Source of the DNA: Vitrella brassicaformis CCMP3155
Lineage: Eukaryota; Protista; Chromerida
Direction of reading: 5' to 3'
Assembly: GCA_001179505.1 (NCBI GenBank)
Contig: CDMY01000294.1
Span: 1-64,000, forward strand
DNA: 64,000 bases
The notes under the pieces are model-generated. The model was not told the DNA's origin, ran no database searches, and saw only the letters and a list, made by a program, of their open reading frames with translations. The translations under genes and the position numbers were made by a program. This document shows, in pieces, positions 25,859 through 38,063 of this stretch. Each line of letters begins with the position of its first letter. Position 1 is the first letter of the stretch.

Positions 25859-28800
25859 TCAGTTTGGAATTGTGGTCTCGACAAACTCACAGTCGACGCC
25901 CCTGCAAGCAGACACAGCCCATAGGTTGATGCATGTAGCACGTGGTGGATGGGTGCAGCTTGCTCACTCGCAGATGTCGGCTATGTGGTGGTAGAGGTCC
26001 GTGATGAGTGGGCTGCACTGAGGGCTGCCGTTCAGGTCCTTGATCACCAGAAGCCTGCGCAGACACACATGCATACGATACATCCATCCATCCATCCATT
26101 TTCGTTTGTCTGACCAGTAGTCGTAAGCTGCCTCCTGGCTGCTGAGCTTCGACAGCACAAACTCATTCCTGCAGTAACACACACACACATGTGGTTGCTG
26201 TTCTGGTCAATCGTCTGCTCACGCACCGCGAGAGCCGAAACTTGTAGCTGGCCTGTGTTGTGGTCTTGATTTCTATGAAGGTCACTTTGGCGCCCAACGG
26301 CAGGGACGGTCGGGGCAGAGTGGCCCCCTGTCGCAGCCACGGCTTGGTCACATCCAATTGACCCAAGAACTCCTCAACGGCTGCCCTGGTGTGGTCTGTC
26401 CATCCTCCAGCAGGCAAATCGAGCAGCATCATATCCTGATAGACAATTGACTTGTCCATTCATTCATTCATTCATTCTTGTGTGTCTGCGTGAGTGTGCA
26501 TTACGAAAGGGAGGTATCGCTCCTTCTTGGCGTTCAAGAAGAACACGCAGGACATCTTCATGCCACCACCCTCTGCAGCAGCAGCAGCAGCGGGCAACAA
26601 CGTTAATACTATGAATGTGCCGCGCTCCTCCTCACCTTCGGTGAGCGTGGCGACGTACACATCATTGCCGATGGAATTGTCGCCCGAACGATACCCCAGG
26701 CTCGAGAGGACCTTCGGAAGGAATATTTCAAACGCCATAAGCTCACCATCCCTGTGCACAGACACAAATGCGAGCTTTCCATTGCATTCACACGTTTAGC
26801 AAGCCTACCGTCCAATCTGTCGCAGCACGGCGTCGCTGGGTACTCGATGGGTCACTGTCACATACTCTTGGGCACTCAACACCACTCTGTTGGCAGACAA
26901 ACAGACAGCCAATAACACCAGCTTGATGAACCACAGGTAAGGCCGCTTACCTCGTCTGTCGTCGGCCGAGCTCGTCCTCAGTCAGAGTGAGGCCCCCTTG
27001 AGCCGTGCGACGTCTCACACCAGCTCTGCAGACAGTAAGAGACGTTTCTCACACCCGCCTTTTTCATTCATGGTTCCTTACCGCATTGTGGGCTGCTCGA
27101 CTCGTGCTGGCTCATCATCAGAGCTCCCGTCATCACACGCAGCCGTCGACAATACCAACGCAGAGCCGCCCATGGGAATGCGGCGTGCCTTCAGCATCAT
27201 TCTAAGGGCGTCGTCGGACGCCAGGCCGACCAGCAACCTGCACAAAGACAGAAACACACAAAGATAAAACAAGTCACCCACAAATGAAGAAAGCTCTTGT
27301 GTAAGCCGCTAACCATTCTTTGATGGCTTCGAAAGGCTCTTTGGTGGCTTCGAAGAGCTGCTCGGCGATATGATACGTTGTTTCTGTGGTCGGGTCGACA
27401 TACAGGGTCAGTGTGGCGTCTCGGAGAGGTCCTTGAGGCCCCTTGGACGAGCGCCCAGGGGCCACAGAGGGGGGCGTCAGCAGAGCTGCAGGATTGGACT
27501 CGAAGCTCTGCTGCCGCCCAGATACACACATACTGAAATGCACCTGCAGAAAGAAAGCAATTTAGGCGCTGGGCTGCGGATCGGCCTCCGGCTGACCTTG
27601 AGGGAGTCAACGTGAACCTGAAATAGTCCACAAAGCAGTAAGTCAATGGATCGACAAGCACACTCTCATGCCAAGGTGACTGACCTCTCGTATGTCGCCT
27701 TTTGCAAGCAGCAGCAGGGGATGGTTCGCGTCCTCCTTCTCTATCCTGGCCATCTCTTTCGGGTATTGGTGCTTGCACACGTGCAGAAGGGCTTCTCCAA
27801 AGAATGGGCTGAGACGCTTGGCGGCTTGTGGGACCTCATCTCCGATAGAGTACGTGATCTCAGCGCTGTAGCAAACAAGGAGCAGGGCGCCATCAGTGGC
27901 TGCTGAGGTAGTACACGTCGTCCTTACAACTTGGATAGTCGTCTCACTCCCAGGTGGGTCTCAAGGAAGTCTTGCATCATCGGGTATGGCGCGTACGCGA
28001 TCGGCATGTCCGCTGCAGACGAGCCCACGGGCAACCTGCCACAGCAGAATTATGACAAAGGCAAAATGCAGTGGCTCGGCGCGCATTCACCGACCCTACT
28101 CAACGTCGTGTGAGAGGCTCTCTGACTACCCGTCTGTGTGTGTGTCGTGGATGAATATTTGTTCCGGCGGGAAGAAGCGCCTCTGGTTGGAGTCCCAGAC
28201 AGAGAGCTGCCGCAAGCTGAGCTGGTGGGCCCTCTGCTGAAGTGTATCAATGGCTGTGACAATGAAGTCCTGCACACGTGACAGAGAGAGTGCTCCCTTG
28301 CTCTTTTAGATCGAATAGATCTGCGAGTGATGTACCTCGACGCTCTTCTTGGCGTTGCCGCTGGTCAGGTTCGGACACTGTTTCCGCCACCTGCAGCACC
28401 GGGGGAAAGACCAAGACGGTGTCTGGTGTGTGGCCCCTGATTCATTTCTGCTCACAGGAGTTCATAGTGGGAAGCCTCTGGCTCTCGAGGGACCAACTGG
28501 GCACAAGAGCAAAAGAGAATGCCATGAATTGACGTATTGACGTTTGTTTTGCAGTCTACTTGTTTCAGGAATGGCTTGAGCAGCTCTCGGAACTCAGGAT
28601 CGATGCAGTCAGAGAGAACGCGGACCACACTCTCCTCACCCACGAAGAACCCAGTGGGATCACGCCACACAAGCGTCTCGGGCGACAGGCTGACAACGAG
28701 ACGCAGTGACGCACAGCGATAGCCGTGTTGTGCTGTGCTGTGCGTTGTGGCGGCAGACCTCATCCATGTGGCATATGTCGAGCCTTTCCAGGGCATCGCA

Positions 28801-31800
28801 AACAGGTTGAGCCCCTCATCCTGCATCGCCTTTCTCATCAGCGTCCGCCCGCTCAAGTACCGCCCGCTGGCTGCGGCCATGCCCATCGTCATCTCCTCAT
28901 CCATCAAGTTGCTCATCAACGAGTACACCTCACTCAGCTGACGCATGACGTCTTTGGTCACTTGTGTCCGCTGAAGTGTCGGTGCCAGCTGCTTGAAGCG
29001 GATCAGGATGGGCTCGACAGCGACAGTGAGGTGCACTCCCAAACAGCTGAGGACTCCAGCGATGGGATCTGTATTGCCGCCGATGCTGAGAGGCGAATGA
29101 GGAAAGAGGCCTTCACCGCCGAGGACGCCATCATGGAGCTTGGGAAGGCTCAACAGAGGGGGGAGGTCGATGTCGACAAACCAAACCTGGAGGCAGACAC
29201 AAGAAGGTGGGCACATAAGCGGATGATAGGAAGGGCATTCATTCATTTGTGTGCTCTGACCTCGTTAGGTCGACAGACACAGGTGGAGCCGTCATGGAGA
29301 ACGGCCGGCAACCAGCGGGATGTCATGATAGGCTCCGCAAACGGAGCGAAGCGGCCAAAGGACGCGAAGTGGCCTCCACTGGAAGGTTGACGCCAGGACA
29401 TCACGAGCATGTCCCGTATATGTCCCGTTCGTGTGCGTGTGTGTGTCTTACTAGAGCCGATGATGGGCGAGGACCTGGAGGAAGCACCGCACCCTCTCTA
29501 CCTCCTTCGCGCCAACGACAGCTGGCTCTGGCCCCATCCAGCTCAGCGCCCCATCCACAGGTGGACACACCCGAATGGTCAATGGGTGGATTTTGCGGAC
29601 GAAACACGTCAGCTCCTCGTCGTAGTCGCTGCTGAGGATGAAGAGCCCCTTCTTGTCACTAGGTAGGGGAAAGACGGTCTCGAGCGAAGTGTTAAGAGAG
29701 AGACATATGGGCCCCGAGCGACTTGGTGAGACGATCTTCTTGTCGGGCTGCGCGATTGACGCATCGTGGACGAGAACGGGAAGAGATGGGAAGCGGTCTT
29801 TTGGCAGGTTGCTGGCAAGGAACTCAGTGACAGCCATAAGCGATCTGTAGAAGGACGGCGTGACGAGCTGTGCATAATATGGGCTTTGGGCTTTCATCTT
29901 TGCTCGCTCACTTGATGGCGTTCTGGTCTGTGGGTGACCTGAGAGCGTCTGCCTCGCAGGCATCCACCAACCACCTGCAAAGGAATACAAGTGCATCACG
30001 TATACCTGAAGATATTGGAATGTACTTTGCGTAGTTGTCCAGATTCATCTCTTGGACACCTGCATGACACGGAAACGTCCTCATATGCACACGTACATCT
30101 CGAAGGCTTGCAGGTCCTCACCCAGATGCTTGATGAGCCACTGACGCGACTTGTAGGTGAGCCGCTTCGCCACCTCCTCGCACACGAAGTAGCACGACAC
30201 CTGCATCAGCCAGCGATTTCCACGTCATCCAGCACATGGATTAGGAGGAGTGAAAGCTGCCCTCACCGTCTCGGCAATACGTTTGTCTTCAATCTGGGTG
30301 AATTGATGGGAGAAACAGACACGCTTGCGGCCAGGGCGAGCCTCGTACGGAACGCAGAAGCCTGCAGCAGCCAGGAAACCATACTCGAGACCGACCAATT
30401 GTCACCTCATCTGTGTTGTCCACTGGCTCACCGACGGACGTCTTGATGGTTGGCATATCTTCGAGAAAACGCATCGCCCCCGCTCCCACAAGATCCTCCA
30501 GATAGATGTACACTTGCGCGATCTCATCGTCAGAGAGGCCCTCGAGTGACGATATGCCCCGCCCGCCCGTGGCGCCCCACCCCTTGGCGTCGAACAGCAG
30601 TTGCAGTGGCACTTTGACCACACCAAGGGCCTCAAGCAGCTCCGGCTCAAGCGTGAAGCCAGGGTGTACAAGCTGAACGTGTCTGATGGCGCGGAAGAGG
30701 GCTGCCTTGGACGGCATGGACGGCAGCGGCAGCGTGTGCAGAGCGGACGGCATGGAAGGGGGCAGAGGGGACGTGTGTGATGGGAGGATGGGAAGTGACT
30801 TGGCACCATTCATGATCTCTTTGGCATAAACGAGGAACTCCTCCTGGACATCCTTGCTCGAGAACGGCAGCCACATCAGTACCAACTTCAAGTCGTCCTC
30901 AGACCTGACAAAAGAGGCAAACAGGTGGATGCGTCCGTGCGCTGATTTGTTGCGTCTTACTCGGCTCCTACTTGATGTTGTTGACGCAGTGTTCGAAGAA
31001 CTTGAGGCACAGCTCGGGGACCTTCTCCAGCACGAAGCGATTGAAGGCGTCGGTGAAGTCCAAACTCTCCCGACTACACGACACGACACGCAGATGGCCA
31101 CGGTGCAATGTCGCTCCACTCTGCCTGTGCTCTCCTCTCACCTTGCAGTGGCGACGAAGTCTCTTGAGTTGATGATGAAAGGCAATCCACTCTGCTGAGT
31201 TGTCGGCAGGCCCACGAAGACGGTCGGCAGCCGTCGGTCCGACTTGGCATCTGGCCTCGATGAAAAGGCAAGGGCGATGGTCGTCTTGTCCACTTTGCTC
31301 GTGCTGCGCTGTGCGGCATCCTACATTAAGGGAGACCACATGCGAGCAAGGCAGCACTGCACGACGATTTTCCTTAGTGCTGCTGACCTCCGGGACGTTG
31401 TACGTGCCCTGGTGGATGAAGAATGATTCGTGCACGCCGCCAGTGCCTGTCAGCTCCCGCACGATGCCGAATTGCTGCAAGACAAGCGGGACAATGCAGA
31501 AATAGAGGTCTGAACGTGTTTCGTTGCCCTTACGTGGTGCGACTCGACGCACTCGAGCTTCCTGCTGGCCGTCAACGCCCCCCCAATCTTCTCGACGACC
31601 TGGACCTCGATACACTTGAGCTTGTCCAGAAACAAGAGGATGCGGGGCGAGATGGACAGGAGGTCGTCCTTGACTCTCTGGGGGTCGACTGAGAGCGGCA
31701 GACGGAGGACCGTCTCGTTGGGCTTGTCCCCCACCCAAAAGGCGAAACGAATGACCGATGGATGTGGGCACTCAATCCACCTGGGGGAAGGGAAGAAGGA

Positions 31801-32279
31801 TGATGATGGTTCTTGGTCCGCCTGTCTTGTCACCCTGCTTACTGGGGTATGACGAAGGTCTCCTTCGAGAGGGAGAACCGGAATCCACCGCTGAAGATCT
31901 CCGGAGCGTCAGCGGCTCGAAACACTGACTTGAAACCTGCACTCATCAGTCAGGTAGATGTTTGCATTTCCGCGACTGTTGCGCCGTTGCATCAGCGTAC
32001 CGATTCCCTTCTCGCCTATAGTGCCCTCTTCGCTTCTGTATGCCTTCTTGGTAGACAAGTTGACGTCGCAGAGCGACTGGACGTTGGCCTCGGTCATGCC
32101 TTTTTCGTTGTTGTAGACCAGCAGGGAGGGGTCGGAAGGGTCGGTGTTGAGGTAGAAGATGAGCGTGGGCACACATGATGCGTCATAAGCATTGTCCTCG
32201 GCGTTCTGGATGAGCTCGATGGCGAAGCGGCCCGTAGATGAGTAGAGCTGCTCTGAGAGAAGCTGCACACAGACACAGA

Positions 32280-32310
<31 letters not shown>

Positions 32311-32577
32311 GCCGTGCATTCAATGGATGTGCCTCACTTAGTGTATGTGCAGTTGACTACGTCAAGGCCCGCTGCAGCATGGGGTTCATGAGTGCCTCTT
32401 TCTCCTTGCGGACTTTCTCCAAGATGGCACGCTTCGCGCCATTGTTGTCACCCTGACCGATGCTCGAAACACCAGACCTGTGGGTAGAAGCAGAAAGCAC
32501 AACAACAACGGACATCGTGGATGAAGAAAGATGTGTGCGCGTGTGTGTCGTCCTTACGGGCTGCTCACAGACGACAT
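25859..32577 (-). CDS. NO VEIN/sacsin-like protein: N-terminal GHKL (HSP90-like) ATPase and C-terminal DUF3883/NOV_C-like domain
   Basis: LQRAL.LLSEQLYSSTGRFAIELIQNAEDN, YNNEKGMTEANVQSLCDVNLSTK, IGEKGIGFKSVF, VFVGLPT..SGLPFIIN. C-terminus QIGRDGELMAFE, NAKKERYLPF, TFIEIKTTT. One splice junction is 1 nt out of phase. Confidence 0.8.
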
Positions 32578-32871
32578 GCTCCCTAGATCTGGCAACACAG
32601 GCAGCACTTCGATGCGAACGAGAGTGGCAGGAATAAAGGTTACAACAAGCAGGAATAGGAATAAGTCAGCGATCTACTGGCTGTCTCTAGCGCAATTCAC
32701 CCATGACTCATGCAGTCTCGTCTGTGGCTGTACAATTCAATTCGCTTTGCGAGGGAACAGACACAACCAGGCACTTGTCTGTCGCTTCATTTGCACACCG
32801 ATAGCATAGCACTGCACTCATCAAAAGGTCAAAAACGACCTGTATGTGTGCACATCTGACTGTCCGCCTGG

Positions 32872-35244
32872 TCACATCTCGGCGTGTCCTGGATGCCTTG
32901 GAAAGGGGATGACGTCTCGTATGTTGTCGACCCCTGTCACGAGCATGAGCAGCCTCTCGAAGCCCAGCCCAAAGCCGCTGTGCGGAATGCTGCCGTAGCG
33001 ACGCAAATCCCGGTACCTGAGTGACAAGGTGGTGCAGACAAGACGAGATGTAGTAACGATGGAAGGAGGGAGTGAGTATGTGTGCGTCGGTGGCGTACCA
33101 CCAGTAGGTGTCCTTGTCAAGGCCGCACTCCTCTAACCTCCTGCAAGACACCAAACAACAGAGACGGCGGACTCTTGAGCCAGTCAGGCTCATGTGGTCC
33201 ATCAATGTGTACCTGTCCAGAACGTCGAGTCGTTCCTCCCTCTGCGATCCGCCGATGACCTCTCCGATTTTGGGCAGGAGTACGTCCATGGCGGCGACCG
33301 TCCGGTCGTCGTCATTCAGACGCATGTAAAACGCCTTGATCTCCTTGGGATAATTGTACACGGTGACGGGCTTGCCGAAGACCTTCTCAGTGAGGTGCCT
33401 TTCGTGCTCCGTGCCGAGGTCGATGCCCCAGTCGGGCGACACGTCGAATGAGACACTCCCAGATGACACCTGAGAGGGCAGGGGAGAGTGTGGGTGCATC
33501 TGCATGTGTGTGGTGTGTGGTGGGTGTTGTGGCTCTACCCTACCTCCTTCTGCAAGAGGTCGATGGCTTCCGTGTATGAGACCCGCCTGTAGCCGCCTTC
33601 CACCTGCACCAGATGGAAGGAAGCCACAGATGGGTGGACACAACACACTTCAGTGTCAGTGTGTGCCGTTGTTTTCATCTGCATGCTTACGAGCTGTTCC
33701 AGCCTTTCGAGCAGCGACTTATCCACCCTGCAGACAACACACCGACAAGCCAATCGAGGCGAGAGATTCCTCAGTCGCGTTAGTGTGCGTGTGTGCTGAC
33801 CACTGATTGAAGAACTCCAGGTCATTCCCGCAGTGCTCCAGCGCCCACCGCACACAGTAGGCCAGATACTCCTCGGCACACGTCATCGTATCCGACAGCT
33901 CCGCAAAGGCCATCTCCGGCTCGATCATCCAAAACTCGGCCAAATGCCGAGCGGTCTGACACCCCACACCCATGCGCAAAGACAGACAGACACACACGTC
34001 CACCCACCCATCCCTCAGCACGTGCGGCTCCCTTTGTTCGCTGACATTGGAGTTTTCCGCCCGGAATGTTGGCCCGAATGTGTAGCAGTCGCCGACGGCA
34101 CAGCAGTAGTTCTCGACAGCCAGCTGGCCTGACACCGTCAGGTAGGCCGCCTTTTGGAAGAAGTCCTTCGAGTAGTCAACCGATCCGTTCTTGGTCAAAG
34201 GGAGGGAACGGTCACGGGAGAGGTCTCCCGGCAAGAGAGTTGTCACCTGCACCCATGCATCCGCAGACAGACGCAGTGGCGCATGAAGTGCGAGTTTGGT
34301 GCATGGGTCTGACCGACCTGGAACATCTCTCCTGCCCCCTCGCAATCAGAGCAGGTGATGATGGGCGTGTGGATGTACAGAAAACCACGTGACTGAAAGG
34401 AAAGGCCAACACTCACATGATCACACAACACACCCAGCATTTCAGCCAGCCCATGGCAACCAGCTCAGCTCACCTGGAAGAAGTTGTGTGTGGCCTCCGC
34501 CATGGCCGAGCGGACCCTCGTGACGGCCCCCATCAGGTTGGTCCGCGGCCTCAAGTGGCTGATGGTCCGTAGGTACTCGCGAGAGTGCCTTTTCTTGGCC
34601 AGGGGGTAGTCCTTTCCCTCAGTGGACGAGTAAATCGTGATGCTTGTTGCCTGCAGCTCCACCTTCTGCTCACGGCCCTTGGACGCCACCAGCTCTCCTT
34701 CGAAGCGGAGAGCGCTGCCCGTGCCGCACTTGACCAGCCTGTCGAAGCCGTCGACCGACCCATCCACCACCACTTGCAGCCCTTTCAGAGTGGAGCCGTC
34801 ATTCAGCTCCACAAAGGCGAACTTGCCCCCGCCAGCCTCACGGATAGTCCGCGACCAGCCGGCCACAGCGACGGTGCTGCCGATCTCCTTCTCGCCTCCA
34901 TCAGGCGACAGCAGGATGCTCGCAAGCCGCCGCCGACCGCCAAAACTTGACGCCGCAACTTGACGGGTGGGGAGGGAGGGTGAGGGAGCTGGAGGCGGAG
35001 AGGAGCTGACAGCTGACGACTCATCGCCGTTGATGCTGTGTGTCTGCACAGCTGCCGCTGCTTTAGCTGGCGGCTCTGCGACGGCTGCCACAGGGGTGCC
35101 TTGTGATGAGTCATCGAGCTGCCTTCGCGTGGCTGTCGGCCGCCTCGGGTGGATGCGGCTGATCCGCGGTCGTGACAGGAAAAGTGGGAGAGGGGATGAG
35201 GCGACGGACAGCAGGGGAAAGAGAAACGATGACGACAGATGCAT
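32872..35244 (-). CDS. asnS: Asparaginyl-tRNA synthetase 2 with an N-terminal organelle-targeting-like leader
   Basis: Same AsnRS motifs as copy 1 ([54 protein letters not shown]). N-terminus [41 protein letters not shown] is hydrophobic then Arg/Ser-rich. Confidence 0.95.
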
Positions 35245-35718
35245 TGCTGTCGGCTGAATCAGGCCGTCAAGCGAGAGATCCACTGCAGCAGGCCTTCATG
35301 CGCATTCGGGCAGCATCTGCAGTGCCTTCTTCTCTTCGGTTTGCTCTCGGGGAGTGCGAGCTTTCTTTGCGAGCTTAGCAATTTCGATGAGTCAAACACC
35401 ACCAAATCAAACCGCTGATCCTCCCTGGCAGCAGCAACGGCGCTGTGCTGCGATCCAAAACGGCAGCTGGTTAACTGGCTCGTTACCGGCCGCGGATCGG
35501 CGAGCGGTGCGGATTCGTTAGCTGCTCTCGAGAGCTATCTCGACTCCCTCTCGTCTTCCACGTCACGGTGTCTTCCGCAGACAGCCTTTGCCACCTCGAA
35601 TCAAGCCGCAACTCCATCCAGCTTCTCTCGTCCCTCGGCAGCTCTTTCTTCCTTTGTCAGCCCTTGGTCCCTTATATCTCTTGTGCAGCCAGCCACCTAC
35701 CCAGCCATCAAGATCAAG

Positions 35719-36829
35719 ATGCGTCGCACCTTCACGGTCCTCGCCCTCTTCGCCTGCCTGGCCTTCGCGGCTGCAACCGGCCCTGAGCCTCCGGCTGCTG
35801 AGACTCAGCCTGCTGTGGCCGACCCTGCTGTGGCCGAGCCTGCTGATGCAACCCCTGTGACGACAGACGACGACCCGGCAGCCGCTGACCCAGAGGAGCC
35901 TGAGGTCGAGGAGGAGGTGCCTCCTCCCCCTCCTGAGGGTCTTCTGGAGATGCCTCCTCCTGACGACGAAGAGGAAGATGAAGGTGCGTTGGTGGCACGT
36001 GTCGTGTAGATGCCTGCTTGTGTCGCTCACTCTCGTGCTCTGTCTGTCTGTCTGTCTGTCTGTCTGTGTGTCTCTGGGTGTGTCTCAGGTGCCCGCCGTC
36101 AGCTCGGCCACAAGTACGGGTATCACAGCTACTACAGGCCTTACCACTACGGCTACTATTATCCCTACTACGGCTACCACCACTACAAGTATTATGGCAA
36201 GAAATACGGCCACCACCGCAGCCTGAAAGCAGCAGAGACCGCAGAAGACAACGAAGGTACGATCAGAGGCCCACTACACACACACACACGCACGCACCCA
36301 CAACACACACATTCCTGCCTCGGTGTGTGGTGTCGGTGTGCTCATGTCAGCAGAGGCCCCCGACCGTCAGCTCGGCCACAAGCATTACGGGCATCACGGC
36401 TATTACTACCCTTACCACTACGGCTATTACTACCCCTACTACGGCTACCACCACTACAAGCATTATGGCAAGAAGCACGGCCACTACCGCCGCCTGAGAG
36501 CTCCGCAGGGTGAGTGACGTGACCATCACAGATGCTGGGGCTGGGCTTAGCTCGTGTCATGTCACCTTTGTTGTGTGGTGTGTTGTGGTGTGTTGTGGTG
36601 TGTTGTGGTGTGTTGTGGTGTGTTGTGGTGTGTTGTGGTGTGTTGTGGTGTGTTGTCAGGTGCTGATGCGCCTCAGGAGGCTGCTGACACTGCCGACGCA
36701 CCCGGCCGTGAGCTCGGCCACAAGAAGCATTATGGTCACAGCTACTACTACCCTTACCACTACGGCTATTATTACCCCTACTACGGCTACCACCACTACC
36801 ACAAGTATGGCAAGTACGGCCACCATTGA
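35719..36829 (+). CDS. Secreted Tyr/His-rich repeat precursor (253 aa, 4 exons) with R-x-L boundaries
   Basis: Exons 35719-35983, 36089-36256, 36351-36509 and 36660-36829 splice in frame with three phase-1 GT-AG introns. Signal peptide, acidic pro-region, then three near-identical YHGK-rich units. Confidence 0.88.
36581..36650. repeat. Intronic (TGTTGTGGTG)7 minisatellite
   Basis: Read directly in intron 3 of the Tyr/His-rich gene. Confidence 0.9.
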
Positions 36830-38063
36830 GTGTGAGACACACTTAGCCAGCCGAGGGCGTCGGTGGTGAACTGTCTCGTTGCGTGTCTGACTAACTAAAC
36901 AACACGATGTGCGCAATCCCCTGCCCTGTTGTGCTGTCCGTGTGGTGGGGGGGAGGGGGAGGGGAGGGAGAGGGCCAGCCAGTGACCGACAGCAGTCAGT
37001 GATGCGAGGGCACACTCGGGGGCACACTGGGGTTTCCCACTTGTTCGTGCCGTGTGTCTCCATCCATTGGTCGCTCTGTTTCTGGCCCCTCTCTCTCTCT
37101 GCCTACCTTTCTCTCCTCCTGTGCGTGGCGTGACTGTGGGTGTGAGGGTATTTGTCGTGCGTGGCTGGTTGACCAATCGGTAGGTCGGCAGCTGGAATTA
37201 ACAGACAGACAGAGAGACAGACAGACAGACGGACAGCACTCACCGAGCTCTCTGTTTTTCATGTCCATCATGTGTTTTTCCCGTTCTGTGCAGTACGTGT
37301 TGTCCGTCTCTCCGTCTGTGCATCTCACCTGTGCAGTCAGTGCCTATCTCTACTGCATGAATGAGCCTCGTCCCCACCGCACATGAGCAGCTCCGCTGTC
37401 CCCCTGTGTGCCAAGCTCGTCGGCAGACAGGGGGAGGGCGGGGCGGGCGGGGGGGCGGGCGCTAAGTTTATGAAGGGAAGGAAGGGACAGCCAGGGAGGG
37501 AGGGAGCAAGGGAGGGCGAATGGTCCTTTTCGGTTTTTGGCAGAGCGTTCAGTTCGGCAAGGCAGGCAGGCACTGGTCGTGGGGCATGGTGCCTGCGACA
37601 CACGACTGTGTGGAACGTGTGATTGTACTGTATTTCTCTCTGCGTATATTTCTCGCAATCAGTCAATGCAGTCAGTCAGTCGGATGGATGGTGACACTGC
37701 GAGGCAACAAACGTGTTGCTTGCATGGGCCGCTGGGTGCACGTCTGTGTGTCTGGGGGTCTTCATCGCATCGCAGTCGATGCCATCGAGGATGCATGGTG
37801 ACACTGGTGGTGGGTGGGACGCACGGATTGGATTAATCAACTGGTCAATCACACCAGAATAACGCAGATTGACTGACGCACAAACATACAAATGATTAAC
37901 ACTGAGACGGGTCCTCTCAACCCAGCCGCAGTAACGAATTAAGACGTCACACATCCGGTCCACCCATCGTATCCACCCACATACATCCAATGCTTCTGTT
38001 CACACACCAGAAAAAAGCCCCCGTGCCTGTCCCGAGGCAAGCAGAGCATATACCCACACGACT

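Noticed and set aside
37431-37462. G-rich tract with G-quadruplex potential
   Set aside because: G-runs are ubiquitous in this GC-rich DNA, and nothing marks this one as functional.
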